From assembly GCF_004010195.1 (NCBI RefSeq), contig NC_057711.1:74462933-74526932 (forward strand): a stretch of DNA of 64,000 nucleotides. The letters are read 5' to 3'. The stretch is from Chiloscyllium plagiosum (Eukaryota). A program made the translations under genes and the position numbers. Each line of letters starts with the position of its first letter. The first letter of the stretch is position 1. Under the pieces are notes generated by a model. It worked only from the letters and a program-made list of their open reading frames with translations, was not told the DNA's origin and ran no database searches. Positions 62,951-64,000 of the stretch are shown here, one piece after another.

Positions 62951-64000
62951 AGCCTATGAATGGGATATTCTGGATGCAGAGCAAGTGGTTGATAGACAGC
63001 AACTTTCTGAAGATGAAAATGAGGATTGGAACACTGACCGAGATAAACATCCAAGAGACCAAGATAGAATAATGCATTGTTAACCAAGGAAAACTGAACA
63101 ATACCTACTGAAACCCCTTTCCAGGATGACAGAAATGTGTTTGCATTTCCTTTTGTTGTGTAACTTTTTGTTGGTTTTATGGCAAGCAATCCTGGCCAGA
63201 CCAAAATGCATGTTGATCCTTTGTTTTTGCAGTCCTTGAAATTCCTGCTGCTGAATAAATGTTTTCTTAGCATATGATTGTATCTTTGGATATCTTTGGG
63301 TAATCCTATTTTGAAATATTTCCACTTTACATCTCCTATTTCCTGTCAGTGGGATAGGACAGTAGCATTGATGGTGACAAGGTTTGGTAGTCATAAGGTT
63401 TCAGTCAGCATATGATATCTGAGTGTCGTGCAATGAAGTCTCTCAAGATCAACAGCAGATTGAAAGAAATTCTGAGGCAAATCTTTCTTATCCTTCCATC
63501 ATCAATTCACCTTCAATATTTTATACTACGCATCGACTACAGATTGACTTGGCATGTTAAGCCATCATGTAAGATGGTAATTAGCCTCAGAGAGACTTTG
63601 GTGCAACTTCTCATATCTGACCAATGTGCTATCAGGGAAAGTGGAGATGCAAACTTGAATTATATACTTCCCAATCTTGAATATCCGTGTAGTCCCTTGA
63701 ATAAATGATAGATAGAATAACACTTTGTCTCCACAGGTTTGCAAAGCCATCCTTGATTCTGTGCTTTCCCTCAGAACTGGGTTTAGGTTTAGAACGATGT
63801 GTGCAGGGCAGCCCTTCCTAACATCCCTGCTCTTTATTTGTAGCTTTAGCATCGTTCATATTGAAGTGCAACATCTAGTTTGCAATCATGAATGTTGGTT
63901 TGTGATGTCTGAACTAATCTGCAGTCCAGGAGTTAGGTCTTTGTGAGAATGAACAATACTTGGTCATCCCTGAGATGTCTGAAGAGCATCTCTCATGTGT

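Noticed and set aside
62779..63273. 164-aa minus-strand ORF as a novel gene
   Set aside because: Partly antisense to the Harbinger fossil; no motifs and no splice support
1..64000. CRISPR arrays, operons or other prokaryotic systems
   Set aside because: No regularly spaced repeat-spacer array and no dense coding; the sequence is vertebrate repeat-rich DNA

Overview
Eukaryotic, repeat-dense, gene-poor DNA. The repeat complement (HE1-type tRNA/V-SINEs paired with HER1/CR1 LINEs, DeuSINE-like elements) points to a cartilaginous fish, probably a shark; this is inference from recalled family sequences, with no database search. No intact host protein-coding gene is recognisable, and nearly all long ORFs are decayed transposon frames. 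Contents: many CR1 LINE pieces (one with an ORF1 zinc-finger/SGNH-esterase and an internally deleted ORF2), a second LINE family with its own partner SINE, about nine HE1 SINEs, Rex1-like, Gypsy-gag and DeuSINE remnants, and PIF/Harbinger fossils (three transposases, one Myb/SANT gene). The most notable signal is about ten short Penelope-type insertions from three families. Most have 12-16 bp TSDs, several are fold-back structures, and they carry minimal hammerhead-ribozyme cores. One core has a U3-A8 compensatory change and sits in a ~294-bp palindrome (43561-43854); one has an intact catalytic core (45994-46030). TE-poor AT-rich islands may hold conserved non-coding elements, and there is one weak 48-nt exon candidate. 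Boundaries of old repeats are approximate (tens of bp).
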